Shown here in pieces: positions 8,284 through 17,373 of a stretch of DNA of 64,000 nt. Within the stretch, counting starts at the first letter, position 1. The number at the start of each line of letters is the position of its first letter. Made by a program: the position numbers and the translations under genes. Origin of the DNA: a virus (taxonomy: Duplodnaviria; Caudoviricetes); IMG/VR virus record IMGVR_UViG_3300037440_000703, positions 1 to 64,000 of that record, one strand, 5' to 3'. The notes below the pieces were generated by a model. That model did not search any database. It saw only the letters and a list, made by a program, of their open reading frames with translations, and was not told the DNA's origin.

Positions 8284-8840
8284 CGACCACCGAATGGCAT
8301 CAGCTGGGCTTGGTGTGGCGGGGTGTGCGGACCGGCCGGCCGCCGACCGTCGCCGAGCAGCGGATCGCCCGTGTCGACCAGGATCGCAGGCGCGCCGAAC
8401 TGGGACTATCGTCCAGGCACTATGACCCTGACAGTCCGACCGGTGTCGAGGTGACCGTCGACCCGGAGAACGCCGGCCCGAAGTTCACCGGCGGCAGCCT
8501 GCCGCGACGGCGGCGGGCGTTGAAAATGGACGAACGTCCGTTCCGCCGGGCGGTGGACGAATGGCTGGCCCGGGGCGGGTGGGCTGCCGGCGAGCAGATG
8601 AAGGCGAGTGTCGCCGTCGAGTGGGTCAGGTCGGACGACCCGCGTAAGGAGTCGCGGGAGAAACGGCTGCTGGTGAACCGCTGGGTGGCGGAGTTGAAGG
8701 CCCGTGGTTGGACGGGAAAACTGGTGACCACCAGGTTCGTGAACTACGACGACGGCCGTCAGCGGCTGTTCTGGTGGTCGACGCCGGCCGCCGTGGCGTT
8801 GGGTAGGCCGCCGGAACCGCCGAAGGGAAGACTGCTTTAA
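8280..8840 (+). CDS. Hypothetical basic protein
   Basis: 186 aa, coupled; last gene before the strand convergence. Confidence 0.65.
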   Translation: MTTTEWHQLGLVWRGVRTGRPPTVAEQRIARVDQDRRRAELGLSSRHYDPDSPTGVEVTVDPENAGPKFTGGSLPRRRRALKMDERPFRRAVDEWLARGGWAAGEQMKASVAVEWVRSDDPRKESREKRLLVNRWVAELKARGWTGKLVTTRFVNYDDGRQRLFWWSTPAAVALGRPPEPPKGRLL

Positions 8841-8853
8841 CGCTTCCCCACGG

Positions 8854-9780
8854 CTAATAACGCGGAATATCACTGTCGCTGGTCAGGGACTCGTTGGACT
8901 CGTTGAGCACGACGGCGGCCAGCATGGCGCGGTGACCACGGTTGGTCGGGTCGAAGCCGGTCCAGTCGAAGTAGTCCATCGCGTCGACCGCGCGGGCGAC
9001 CTCGGGCTTCCACGTCGACGGGTCTCCCCAGTCGTCGGGGTCCGAGTCGTCGCCGTCCGGCCGGTTGCACAGGCAGTCGGTGGCGCACGGGACCGTGCAC
9101 GCCGCGTCGTTGACCGCCGCCCGGTATTCGGGGCAGGCGCACGACGCGACCTCGCAGGCCATCGGCGACCAGGGATTGTGGTCGGCCTCGATGTGCCCGC
9201 ACACACATCGAGGCGGTCCGGGTTCGCTGTCGCTACCTGTGGGAATGCCGAACTCAGGTCTGGCATCGGGAACCTCCGCGATTGTGGTGCCGCACTGGTC
9301 GCACCAGCCGGCCGGATGACGGGTGAACGGCACGCCTTCCAGCGCCGCCCACATCAGGCACGGCTCGCACCACGAGGTGGCCCCGTACGGCGAGTAGGCG
9401 AACCTGTGGCCGTCTTCAAGGCAGGCCCCGTCCCCGAGGCTGGACGTGACGGAGCATCCGCGTGTAACAAGCAGCGCCGCCGCTTCGAGCAGAAGGCCCG
9501 TTCCGTCGAAAGCCCGGTCCTGCCAGCGGTGCATCGCCGCGACCTGGCGACGCAGCTCCGCGACAAGGTCCGTCCACCGTTGCCGTTCCAGTTCGACAGC
9601 CGGCTTCATGCCCCGGTCGAGCCGGCCGGCGAAATACGGCACGACCGCGTCCAGTACGGCGGCGGTCGGCGGAAGGGACTCGCCCGCCGGGACGCGCAGC
9701 GCCAGCTCGACGGCCGCCCGCAGGTCTTCGTCCTCTCGCATCTCGCGGGCCACGACGAACTCCATCACCTTGTCAGCCAT
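8854..9780 (-). CDS. Hypothetical multi-segment protein with several Cys motifs
   Basis: 308 aa; CEPC, CDQC, CVCGH..C..C.C, C..DCLC. Confidence 0.7.
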   Translation of the reverse strand: MADKVMEFVVAREMREDEDLRAAVELALRVPAGESLPPTAAVLDAVVPYFAGRLDRGMKPAVELERQRWTDLVAELRRQVAAMHRWQDRAFDGTGLLLEAAALLVTRGCSVTSSLGDGACLEDGHRFAYSPYGATSWCEPCLMWAALEGVPFTRHPAGWCDQCGTTIAEVPDARPEFGIPTGSDSEPGPPRCVCGHIEADHNPWSPMACEVASCACPEYRAAVNDAACTVPCATDCLCNRPDGDDSDPDDWGDPSTWKPEVARAVDAMDYFDWTGFDPTNRGHRAMLAAVVLNESNESLTSDSDIPRY

Positions 9781-9985
9781 CGAAGGTCACCTCCACGAGG
9801 CAGCAGTGGGTTTCCCCGGGCCGTACAGTGCTCAGGTCGAAGACGTTGCCGCCGCACAGGCCGGCGCCGTTTTCCAGCGGGTGCACGCAGACGAAACCGT
9901 GACGGCCGCTGCCGTCCGCGTCCACGGGCAGGGGTGACGGCTGCCAGTCGGGGCTGTGCTCGACGAGCACACGGCGGCTAGCCAT
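9773..9985 (-). CDS. Small Cys-containing protein
   Basis: Overlap-coupled ORF. Confidence 0.5.
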   Translation of the reverse strand: MASRRVLVEHSPDWQPSPLPVDADGSGRHGFVCVHPLENGAGLCGGNVFDLSTVRPGETHCCLVEVTFDG

Positions 9986-10313
9986 CGGCCGGCCGTCCGC
10001 GATGCACGCTCTGACGGCCGGCGGCCGCCTCGAACGCCGCCCGGGCCGCCCGCCACGTCCGGTACGGGCTGGTGAACCGACCGGACACCGGGTCGACCGA
10101 AGGGTCGGTGTAGCACACGGCGTGCCGGACGCCAGGCTCGTTGAACGTGAAACTGTGTACCGGTTGCCGGCATCCGTTGTGGACACCGCCGCACAGCTCG
10201 GTGTCGCGCCAGTAGCCGGGCACGTCGAACGGCTCGAGCCGTTCCTGTGGGATGTTCGGGTGGTTGAGCCGCAGCCAGTCGACTGGCGGGCCGTAGGTGT
10301 CGGGGTCACTCAT
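9978..10313 (-). CDS. Hypothetical protein
   Basis: MSDPDTYGPP.., coupled. Confidence 0.6.
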   Translation of the reverse strand: MSDPDTYGPPVDWLRLNHPNIPQERLEPFDVPGYWRDTELCGGVHNGCRQPVHSFTFNEPGVRHAVCYTDPSVDPVSGRFTSPYRTWRAARAAFEAAAGRQSVHRGRPADG

Positions 10314-10707
10314 CGGACGCCACCGCCCGCAGCGTCTTGACGACCCCGAAACCCGGGGCCGCCCACTGCTCGACCTCCGGAATGTCACTGGACGACCCAT
10401 TCCAGTAGACGCGCGGCCCGAAAATGTGTTCCTTCTCGTAGGCGCGGAACTCGTCGTCGTCGAGGCCGTGCGTTTCGAGCTGCACGACGGCACCGGAAAC
10501 CGTGTGGGTGAAGTCGAAAATCCAACGCCCGTCATCTCCCGGTGCGGGCACGCCGGGGAGTACGAGTTCGACGTCGCGGATCCCGTCGGCGACCAGGCGG
10601 CCGTACCATTCGTGGGCGTTCGCCTCCGCACCCGCGTAGTCGTTCGCCCACCCGACCCCGGACGCCGCGACAGTACCCGAACCAGGATTGATCAGAATGC
10701 CGGTCAT
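10306..10707 (-). CDS. Hypothetical protein
   Basis: MTGILINPG.., SD GAAAGGA. Confidence 0.7.
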   Translation of the reverse strand: MTGILINPGSGTVAASGVGWANDYAGAEANAHEWYGRLVADGIRDVELVLPGVPAPGDDGRWIFDFTHTVSGAVVQLETHGLDDDEFRAYEKEHIFGPRVYWNGSSSDIPEVEQWAAPGFGVVKTLRAVASDE

Positions 10708-11090
10708 ACGGCGCCGTTCCTTTCGGTCTCGAAGCGGTCGGCTGGCTGGTCTCCGTCGGCGCTGCCCATGGCGTGGGCGACCGGGTCGAACGCCCGCAGC
10801 TCGGCGAGGGTCATACCGCGCGGGTCGACTCCGACGGCGCACGCCTGGGCGGCACGGTCCACGAAGGTCCGCCAGCGGTCGTCGAGAACAGGGCCGATCA
10901 TCGCCCGGTAGCCTGCGGCGGTGGCCTGCACGTACTCGCCGCCGAACAGCGCGTCGGAGGTGCGGGCGGAGACGCCGAGGGCTTCGGTGATCCCGCCGAC
11001 GGTGTAGACCTCGGCGGTGCTGCGCGGTTCCAGGCCGGCGCCCAGGCCCGGCCTCGGGATTTCGGTCTCGTAGACCTCGTCGGCATTCAC
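10704..11090 (-). CDS. Hypothetical protein
   Basis: SD GAAAGGA, coupled. Confidence 0.65.
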   Translation of the reverse strand: MNADEVYETEIPRPGLGAGLEPRSTAEVYTVGGITEALGVSARTSDALFGGEYVQATAAGYRAMIGPVLDDRWRTFVDRAAQACAVGVDPRGMTLAELRAFDPVAHAMGSADGDQPADRFETERNGAV

Positions 11091-11623
11091 AGGACACCAG
11101 TCCTTTCCGCCTCAATCGCCAGCAGCCCGTCGCGGTCGCCCGTCCGGTGCGCCTCGACGTCCCAACCGGCACCAGGCGCCGCACGGCGCAGCAGGACAGC
11201 CACCGGGCGGATCGTCTTCTGCGCCTGGTCGTAGGCGGCGCGCGCCGACAGCTCGTCGTCAGCCCAGACCTCGGCGTAGTTGGCCGGGATGAACCCTTCC
11301 GCCAGTCGCTGCTGAACCCACGGCGACGTCGAGTCCAGCCAGGCGACCGCCCACAGGCATTGAACCCGGCGGGCGGCCTCGACCTCGCGTGCCTTCGCCG
11401 CGCACGGCGGGCAGTTCTCCGACGCCTTCTCCCATGCGACCCGGTCGGCCTGCAGCTCGGCGAAAATCTCACGGTGGGTCTTGAGCTGGCCGTCCGCGTT
11501 CTTGTTGAACGGACTCATTGTCTGCGAGAACGTCTTCTGCCGCTTGAGGCGTTTGTTGCAGCCGGCGCACTTAACGTTCTTTGTGCCCCACACGTTGATC
11601 GGGTCGTAACGGTGGACGGTCAT
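11087..11623 (-). CDS. Hypothetical protein with CxxC..CxxC
   Basis: CAGC..TFSQTMSPFNKNADG..CPPC; SD GAAAGGA. Confidence 0.7.
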   Translation of the reverse strand: MTVHRYDPINVWGTKNVKCAGCNKRLKRQKTFSQTMSPFNKNADGQLKTHREIFAELQADRVAWEKASENCPPCAAKAREVEAARRVQCLWAVAWLDSTSPWVQQRLAEGFIPANYAEVWADDELSARAAYDQAQKTIRPVAVLLRRAAPGAGWDVEAHRTGDRDGLLAIEAERTGVL

Positions 11624-11934
11624 ACGGCACCAGTCCTTTCGCTCTCGAAACGGTCGGTGACGTGCTGGGGGATAACCCCGGCGTTCAGATACTTCGGATA
11701 CGCCGAACGTTGGAGGACGGGCAGCCAGCGTTCGTACTCGTCCTCACGTGCCTCTTCCAGTGCTTCGGCGACCCGGACGGCGGCAACCTGCTCGGCGTGC
11801 ACCGCGAGCTGTTCGCCCAGCGCTTCGACCTGGTCGCGGGGGCCGACGAACCGGCCGTCGCCGACCGGCAGCTTCCACAGCGGGCCGTCGGCGTCGGGAA
11901 GGTGGGCGGGAAGGTGGAGGGGTCGGGTGGTCAC
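11620..11934 (-). CDS. Hypothetical protein
   Basis: SD GAGGAG, coupled. Confidence 0.6.
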   Translation of the reverse strand: MTTRPLHLPAHLPDADGPLWKLPVGDGRFVGPRDQVEALGEQLAVHAEQVAAVRVAEALEEAREDEYERWLPVLQRSAYPKYLNAGVIPQHVTDRFESERTGAV

Positions 11935-12131
11935 GGGGTGGTCTCCTCGAGGTCTCGGATGTCGGCTTGCCGTCCGGTGTCCCAGAACTGCCCTGCCTGC
12001 TGTTCGGGGGTGCACGGGTGGGTGTCCTGCCCGCCGACCAGCCGGCGGTAGACGGCGACACGGTCGCCACCTCCGAGGCCGAGCCGGGTTTGCAGGTAGG
12101 CGTCGTCCCAGCACTGTTCGCAGGCGGTCAT
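11931..12131 (-). CDS. Small CxxC protein
   Basis: MTACEQCWDDAY..CTPEQQAG; SD AAGGAG. Confidence 0.65.
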   Translation of the reverse strand: MTACEQCWDDAYLQTRLGLGGGDRVAVYRRLVGGQDTHPCTPEQQAGQFWDTGRQADIRDLEETTP

Positions 12132-12165
12132 CGGTGTCTCCTTCGGTCAGATAGTGCGGTCAAGT

Positions 12166-12198
12166 CCCCGGCCGGCGGTGGGAGTCGCCGAGCCGGGG
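12166..12198. terminator. Intergenic hairpin (possible terminator)
   Basis: CCCCGGC-CGGCG..CGCCG-A-GCCGGGG. Confidence 0.45.
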
Positions 12199-12220
12199 GC
12201 GCCTTACAAGATCGCGTTTG

Positions 12221-12421
12221 CTAGGTCTGCGAAGCGGCCTCGTCGCGCTGCCGGCGCAGTTGGCGACGTCGGCGGTTCGCCTCGCCGCTGAGGTAGTGCA
12301 ACAGCACGAGCTGGTAGTCGACGTCGTTGAACGCCGGCATCAGCAAGTTGTCCAACGTGACTCCGACGAACTTCCGGATCTTGGCCTCGCTGTCTTCGCT
12401 GATCACGAAGTTCTCGCTCAC
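12221..12421 (-). CDS. Hypothetical protein
   Basis: SD GAGGAG, GTG start. Confidence 0.6.
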   Translation of the reverse strand: MSENFVISEDSEAKIRKFVGVTLDNLLMPAFNDVDYQLVLLHYLSGEANRRRRQLRRQRDEAASQT

Positions 12422-12437
12422 GGATGGGTCTCCTCGC

Positions 12438-12758
12438 TCAGGTCGCACAGTCGGCGCAGACGGGCCCGGTCTCGGCGTGCTCGACGGTCCCGGCGATCTG
12501 GTTGCAGCACCGGACGCAGACGGTAGGGTCGGCGGTCTCGTCAGGGTTGGTGATCGCGACCAGGTAGCGGACCTGCGTCACGTCCCGCCACCCGTCCGGC
12601 GGGACGACGTCCAGGTAGGCGGTCCCACGGATGACGTCACGCACGACCAGTCGGCGGCCCTCGTCGTCGACCCACGCACCCTCGATCACCTCGCCGAGCC
12701 AGGCGAGCAGGGCGGACGGCGTCGGTGGCGTCGTCGGCGCCGGGAACGTCGCGCTCAC
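12438..12758 (-). CDS. Hypothetical protein with C-terminal zinc finger
   Basis: CVRC..CADC. Confidence 0.6.
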   Translation of the reverse strand: MSATFPAPTTPPTPSALLAWLGEVIEGAWVDDEGRRLVVRDVIRGTAYLDVVPPDGWRDVTQVRYLVAITNPDETADPTVCVRCCNQIAGTVEHAETGPVCADCAT

Positions 12759-12928
12759 CGCACGTACCTCGACAACATCCCCGCGTACCCGGCCGGCCGG
12801 TCCGCCCGGAACGCACCCCGCGCCGCGAGCAGCACGACCGCCACCAGCGCGAGCAGCGAACCGCCCACACTGTCAGCGGCCGCACCCAGCACGACCGTGG
12901 CCACCAGCAGCCACACGTAGGCGCTCAT
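12755..12928 (-). CDS. Small membrane protein
   Basis: MSAYVWLLVATVVLGAAADSVGGSLLALVAVVLLAA; coupled at both ends. Confidence 0.55.
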   Translation of the reverse strand: MSAYVWLLVATVVLGAAADSVGGSLLALVAVVLLAARGAFRADRPAGYAGMLSRYVR

Positions 12929-14191
12929 GGCGTCACCCGGATTCCCAGCGCCGCCACAAGCATCGTGACGTCGACTTCCAAACGCTCAACGTGCCGGACG
13001 GTCCGCCGCTGCGACGACGCGGCGGTACTGGCGTCGGTGCGGGCAAGGGCCGCTTCGACGCGCACGTCGGTGGCGAGCGTCGCTACCCGCGCGGCGACAG
13101 CGGCGATCTCGTCCCAGTCGATGCTCACGACGTGCCGCCGCAGCGCTCGGCCTTGCTGTCGAGTTCGGCCGCACGGTCGGTGTCGCCCCGCTCTCTGGCG
13201 AGTTCGGCCAGCGACCGCCAGCGGCGCGCGTTCGCCCTGTCGCTGGCGGCTGCCTTCTCGGCCTCGGTCGTGGTCATCGCCGTCCCGTCCTCTCCTGGTA
13301 CTCCCGCTGCGCAATCGCGTTCTGCTCGAGCACGTCGTCGAGGTCCTTCGGGTCGACCAGCTCCAGCACCGCCTCCAGGTGGCCGTTGCGCGCCAGCCCG
13401 CCGAGCACCACCCGCAACGCACCGCGCGCCGCCTGGTCGTCGGCACCCGCCGCCCGCCGCTTCACTGCCGGCCTCGCATGCCCTCGACGAGCCAGGTCGC
13501 GACCTCGAAACTCGCAGCCCCGCACACGAGTGCGACGACCACGACCGTCGCCGCGACCGCCGCCCACGACCAGCGGCGCTCCGCCAACGGCACCCGCAAC
13601 GGCACCGTGTCGGCGCGCGAGACGGACCGGGCGCTGTCGATGTCGAACAGGACGGACACGGTCGGCGGCACGTACGGCGGGGTCACGTCAGGCCCTCCGC
13701 CCGTAGCCGCACCTCGGCGGCGACGAGCGCCCGGATGCACGCCAAGGCGTGGCCCTCGAGCTGCGGGTTACCTTCGACCGCCATCCGTGCGAACGTCGCG
13801 AGGAGACGGGTGGTCGCCAGGCCGAGGACCTCGCCGGAGGCCGCCATGAGGTCGCGGATCGCCCGCTCGGCCCACCCGTCGGTGGTCTCGGTCTCTGTCG
13901 CCTCGGTCTCGACCAGCGGCCGGTTCGGGTAGGCGTCCACCGGTACCCGGCTCATCGCACCGCCACCCCCGTCCGCGTGCGCTGCCCGGGCACCAGCCCG
14001 GCGATCTCCTCGGCCACAGCGGTCCTCTCCTTCAAGTCGGGTAGCAGGCCGTGGTAGCGGCCCGCATGACGGGGCAGCACAGGTACCGGCCGGGCCAGGT
14101 CAGGCAGCCGGGGCACGGTTTCCGGCCCGGCCCGGCGGGAGGCACGCGCCTTGGCGAGAGCGGCGGCGGCCTGGGCTGCGAGGCAGGTCAC
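12925..14191 (-). other. Chain of six coupled small hypothetical genes (12925-13128, 13125-13277, 13274-13465, 13462-13686, 13683-13955, 13952-14191)
   Basis: Each start overlaps the previous stop by 4 nt (RTGA). Confidence 0.55.
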
Positions 14192-14535
14192 GGCGCACCC
14201 CCGACTTCCAGGCTGTCGAGCACCCAGTCGGCGCTGTTCAACGCCGACTGGGCAGCCCGCAACCGCTGCCGGGCCCGGCCGGGGCTGTCCGCGAGAGAAC
14301 CGGCTGCCTCCGCGTGGGTGACGGCGTCCGCCGTGTGGCAGCGGAACGCCGCCCGTAGTTCGTCCTCGCCCAGCGGCAGTTCCTCGCCGCGCCGCTCGGC
14401 GTCGCCGAGCGCGTCGAGGAGACGGGTGACGTTGCAGGGCCACAGTTCGTCGCAGTCGTAGCTCCGACATCCGTCGGGGGCCTCGGGCAGCGGCTGGTGT
14501 TCGGCCCGCAGCGCGGCCAGCTCGTCGGGGGTCAC
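14188..14535 (-). CDS. Hypothetical protein (H..C..C..WPC motif)
   Basis: EHQP..CRSYDCDELWPC. Confidence 0.6.
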   Translation of the reverse strand: MTPDELAALRAEHQPLPEAPDGCRSYDCDELWPCNVTRLLDALGDAERRGEELPLGEDELRAAFRCHTADAVTHAEAAGSLADSPGRARQRLRAAQSALNSADWVLDSLEVGGAP

Positions 14536-16203
14536 CGGCCGGCTTCCGGGATCGGCAGGGTGACGTAGGTCGGCACGTCGACGCCCAGCTCTGCGGCGCG
14601 GGCTCGGACCTGAGGGTCGTTGCCCGCGCGGACGAAGGCCCGCATGTCGTGCTGGCTCGCGGCGGTCAGTTCGGTGACGAAACCGTCACCGGTCTGGTGG
14701 GCGAACACGGCGGCGCGGAGCTGGTGGTATTCGTGGTCGGCCACCGTCAAGTTGGCTTCGGCGAGCCAGGCGGCGGTCTGGTCGTCCATCAGTCGCCGGC
14801 CCCGTCCCCGCCGAGGTCGATGGCGCGTAGTGTGCCGAGTTCCCGGTCGGTGTAGCGCGGCCAGCCGTCTTCGGCGTGGACGTACGGCTCGTCGAGGAAC
14901 CGGCGGTCGGGGGCGAACTGGACGGCCAGCCCGTCGCCGGTCAGGTAGACGGCGTTCGGGTCGTACCGTCCGGTCGGGGTGACGAGACGGGTGCCGCCTT
15001 CGCCGCCGTCGAAGCGGGCCAGCGCCTCGGCGGGGCTGGCGGTGGTCAGGGTGGTCACGCGGACTCCTCGGGTACACAGTCAGGGCACGGCATGGGGTTC
15101 GTCGGGTCGTACGGCACCAAGCCGTTGCCGTTGCAGGTGGCGCAGCGCGGTTCGGATGCGAAGGGTCCGGGGCCGCCGACGGACGAGCACCACACGCGGT
15201 GCGGCAGTCCGCCGGGAATCCCGTAGCCGTCCCCGTCGCGGTCGCACGGCCCGTTGGCGCGCATCGGCACGACGACCAGTCCGTCGACCACGCAGGCGCC
15301 GACCTCGTCGTCCCACGGGTGGGTGCCCTCGCCGGTGCGGGCGTCGAAGTGGCGCAGAGCGGTGCGACCGAACGGCTTCTCGCAGACGGCGCAGCGAAGG
15401 CCGACGGAGACCTCGTAGGCGACGGACACGGCGAAGCTCATCGGGTCCACCTCCGGACTCGGGCGATCTGGTCTTCGACGGCCTCGCAAGCGCCGACCAC
15501 GACGTCGCGCAGCTCGTCCGCCCAGTCCTCCGCCCACCAGCACTCGGCTTCGACGCGGGCGACCAGTTGGGCGAGCAGGTCGGGGCTGTGCGGGTCGGGG
15601 CAGCCGCCGTCACGCAGGTGGGCGACGAGCACCCACAGGCCGGCGGTGCGGGCCTCCACCACGGCGGCCACGTCGTAGGCCGTGCCGTCGGGCAGGCCGG
15701 GAAAACGGGTGTCAGGGTCGGCGAGGGTAGCGCTCATGCGGCACGTGCCAGGGCGAGTTCGTCGGCGACCAGCGGGACGGGCATGACGAACCCGTCGACC
15801 TCGCACTCGTAGATCGTCGAAACGGGTTCGCCGGGAGCGGCGAGGACGCGGACGACGCGGGCGTCACGGCCGTGGGTGCGCTTCCCGGACCACACGTAGT
15901 GGCCGACGACAGTCACCTTGTCGCCGACGGCGAAGGCGGGGCTCAGTTCGGTCATCAGAACAGGCATCCTTCGGGGCAGTAGTTCGACGGCCGGCAGTCG
16001 TCGGCCGCGTGGTGGACGGTGTGGTCGTGCTCGTCGCAGGTGTGGGTGTGGCCCTGCGCGGCGGGGGCGCCGTGGCGAATCAGGTGGTGCCGCTCGCAGA
16101 GCAGGTAGACGTCGATCACGGCGAGCAGGTCGCCGTCCTGGACGAACCGGTCGCAGGTGGCGCAGTCGAAAGGCTTGGCCGCGACTACGAGGCGGACGGC
16201 CAT
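14532..16203 (-). other. Chain of six coupled small hypothetical genes (14532-14789, 14789-15058, 15055-15441, 15438-15737, 15734-15955, 15955-16203)
   Basis: Stop/start overlaps; 15055-15441 and 15955-16203 are Cys/His-rich. Confidence 0.55.
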
Positions 16204-16204
16204 G

Positions 16205-16747
16205 TCAGGCCACCGCCGGGACCGTGCCGGGCCGCCAGCCCAAGCGGGTGTTGCCGCCGTGGCGGCACACCAGCCAGAAACCCGTGCGACCCTCGGAGTG
16301 CTCGTCGAGGTGCGGCGGGCCGACGTCCCAGTCGCGGCGCAGGCCACCGAGGTCGAACCACGTCCACGGGTAGGCGTAGAACTCCCAGCCGGACTCCGGT
16401 TCGACCATCACCCACGGTGCACCCGTGTGCGGGTGCACCCGGACGAGGACTCGGCTCTCGCCGGGCCGACGCAACTCGCGGCGGACGTCGGGAAGCGGGG
16501 TCGCCGCCATCTGGTCGCGGTGGTTCTTGGCCGCCCGCCGGGCGTGCTCCCGGCTGTACTCGCGGGCCGTCCACCCGCACGTGCAGGAAGCACCGGCGGG
16601 GCGCGGGAAACGGGACTTGCGGCGGTTCTCGACCCCGGCGTAGTGCCGGACGTCGTAGGCCGACTGCTGGTCGGCGTCCATCGCGGTCAGATAGGTCGTC
16701 GTCTTGTGCTCGGGCGGCGAGGTGTCCGGGTCGGCGAGGGTGGTCAT
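16205..16747 (-). CDS. Hypothetical protein
   Basis: MTTLADPDT..; CTCGW..H motif. Confidence 0.6.
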   Translation of the reverse strand: MTTLADPDTSPPEHKTTTYLTAMDADQQSAYDVRHYAGVENRRKSRFPRPAGASCTCGWTAREYSREHARRAAKNHRDQMAATPLPDVRRELRRPGESRVLVRVHPHTGAPWVMVEPESGWEFYAYPWTWFDLGGLRRDWDVGPPHLDEHSEGRTGFWLVCRHGGNTRLGWRPGTVPAVA

Positions 16748-16992
16748 GAGGGGTCCGCCCTGAACTCCGCGCGAAGTTCGGCGACCATCTGCTCCGCGAA
16801 CTCCTCGCGCCAAGCGGCCAGTTCCGGTGTCACGACCTCGGCCCTCGCGCGGGCGACGGACGCGGCGTGGCGTTCCTCGCAGCCGCGCACGTAGTCGGCC
16901 ATCGCCTCGCACGCCGCGCAGCCGCTGACGCCGCCGCTGGTCTCCCAGTGCTCGCGGCACGCCTTTGGCGGGTCGGGGATCTCGCCGGTCAT
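16744..16992 (-). CDS. Hypothetical protein
   Basis: CREH..CAAC. Confidence 0.55.
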   Translation of the reverse strand: MTGEIPDPPKACREHWETSGGVSGCAACEAMADYVRGCEERHAASVARARAEVVTPELAAWREEFAEQMVAELRAEFRADPS

Positions 16993-17276
16993 CACGCCGC
17001 CACGGCGAACGCGGGGACGGTCACGAGCTGGGAGCGCAGCCGGGCGACAGCGACCTCGGCGTTCCAGCGGGCGTCCTCGCCGGGTACCAGTTCGGCCTGA
17101 CGCCCGGCGTCGGCCAGCAGTTCCAACACTTCGGCGACCGACGGCCTGCGCAGCCCTTCGGTCTCGTCGGCGTAGCGGAGCAGCGCGGCCAGGCCCGCTT
17201 CGACGGCGTTCAGCAGGTCGCCGTTGGCGTCCGCACCCCAGCCCTGCGTGCCGTCGTCGTCCCCGTACCAGCCCAT
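16992..17276 (-). CDS. Hypothetical protein, first gene of the leftward block
   Basis: SD AGGAG. Confidence 0.65.
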   Translation of the reverse strand: MGWYGDDDGTQGWGADANGDLLNAVEAGLAALLRYADETEGLRRPSVAEVLELLADAGRQAELVPGEDARWNAEVAVARLRSQLVTVPAFAVAA

Positions 17277-17343
17277 CTGACGCTCCTGCCTGTCGCTCTA
17301 CGAGGGTCACCGTCCGCGTGCCGCGAACCGCCCGCCCCCGTCG

Positions 17344-17371
17344 TGGACACCACTTTAGCATCTGGTGTCCA
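17344..17371. promoter_or_regulatory. Operator-like inverted repeat at the divergent switch point
   Basis: TGGACACCA-10 nt-TGGTGTCCA, with TAGCAT in the spacer. Confidence 0.5.
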
Positions 17372-17373
17372 TC

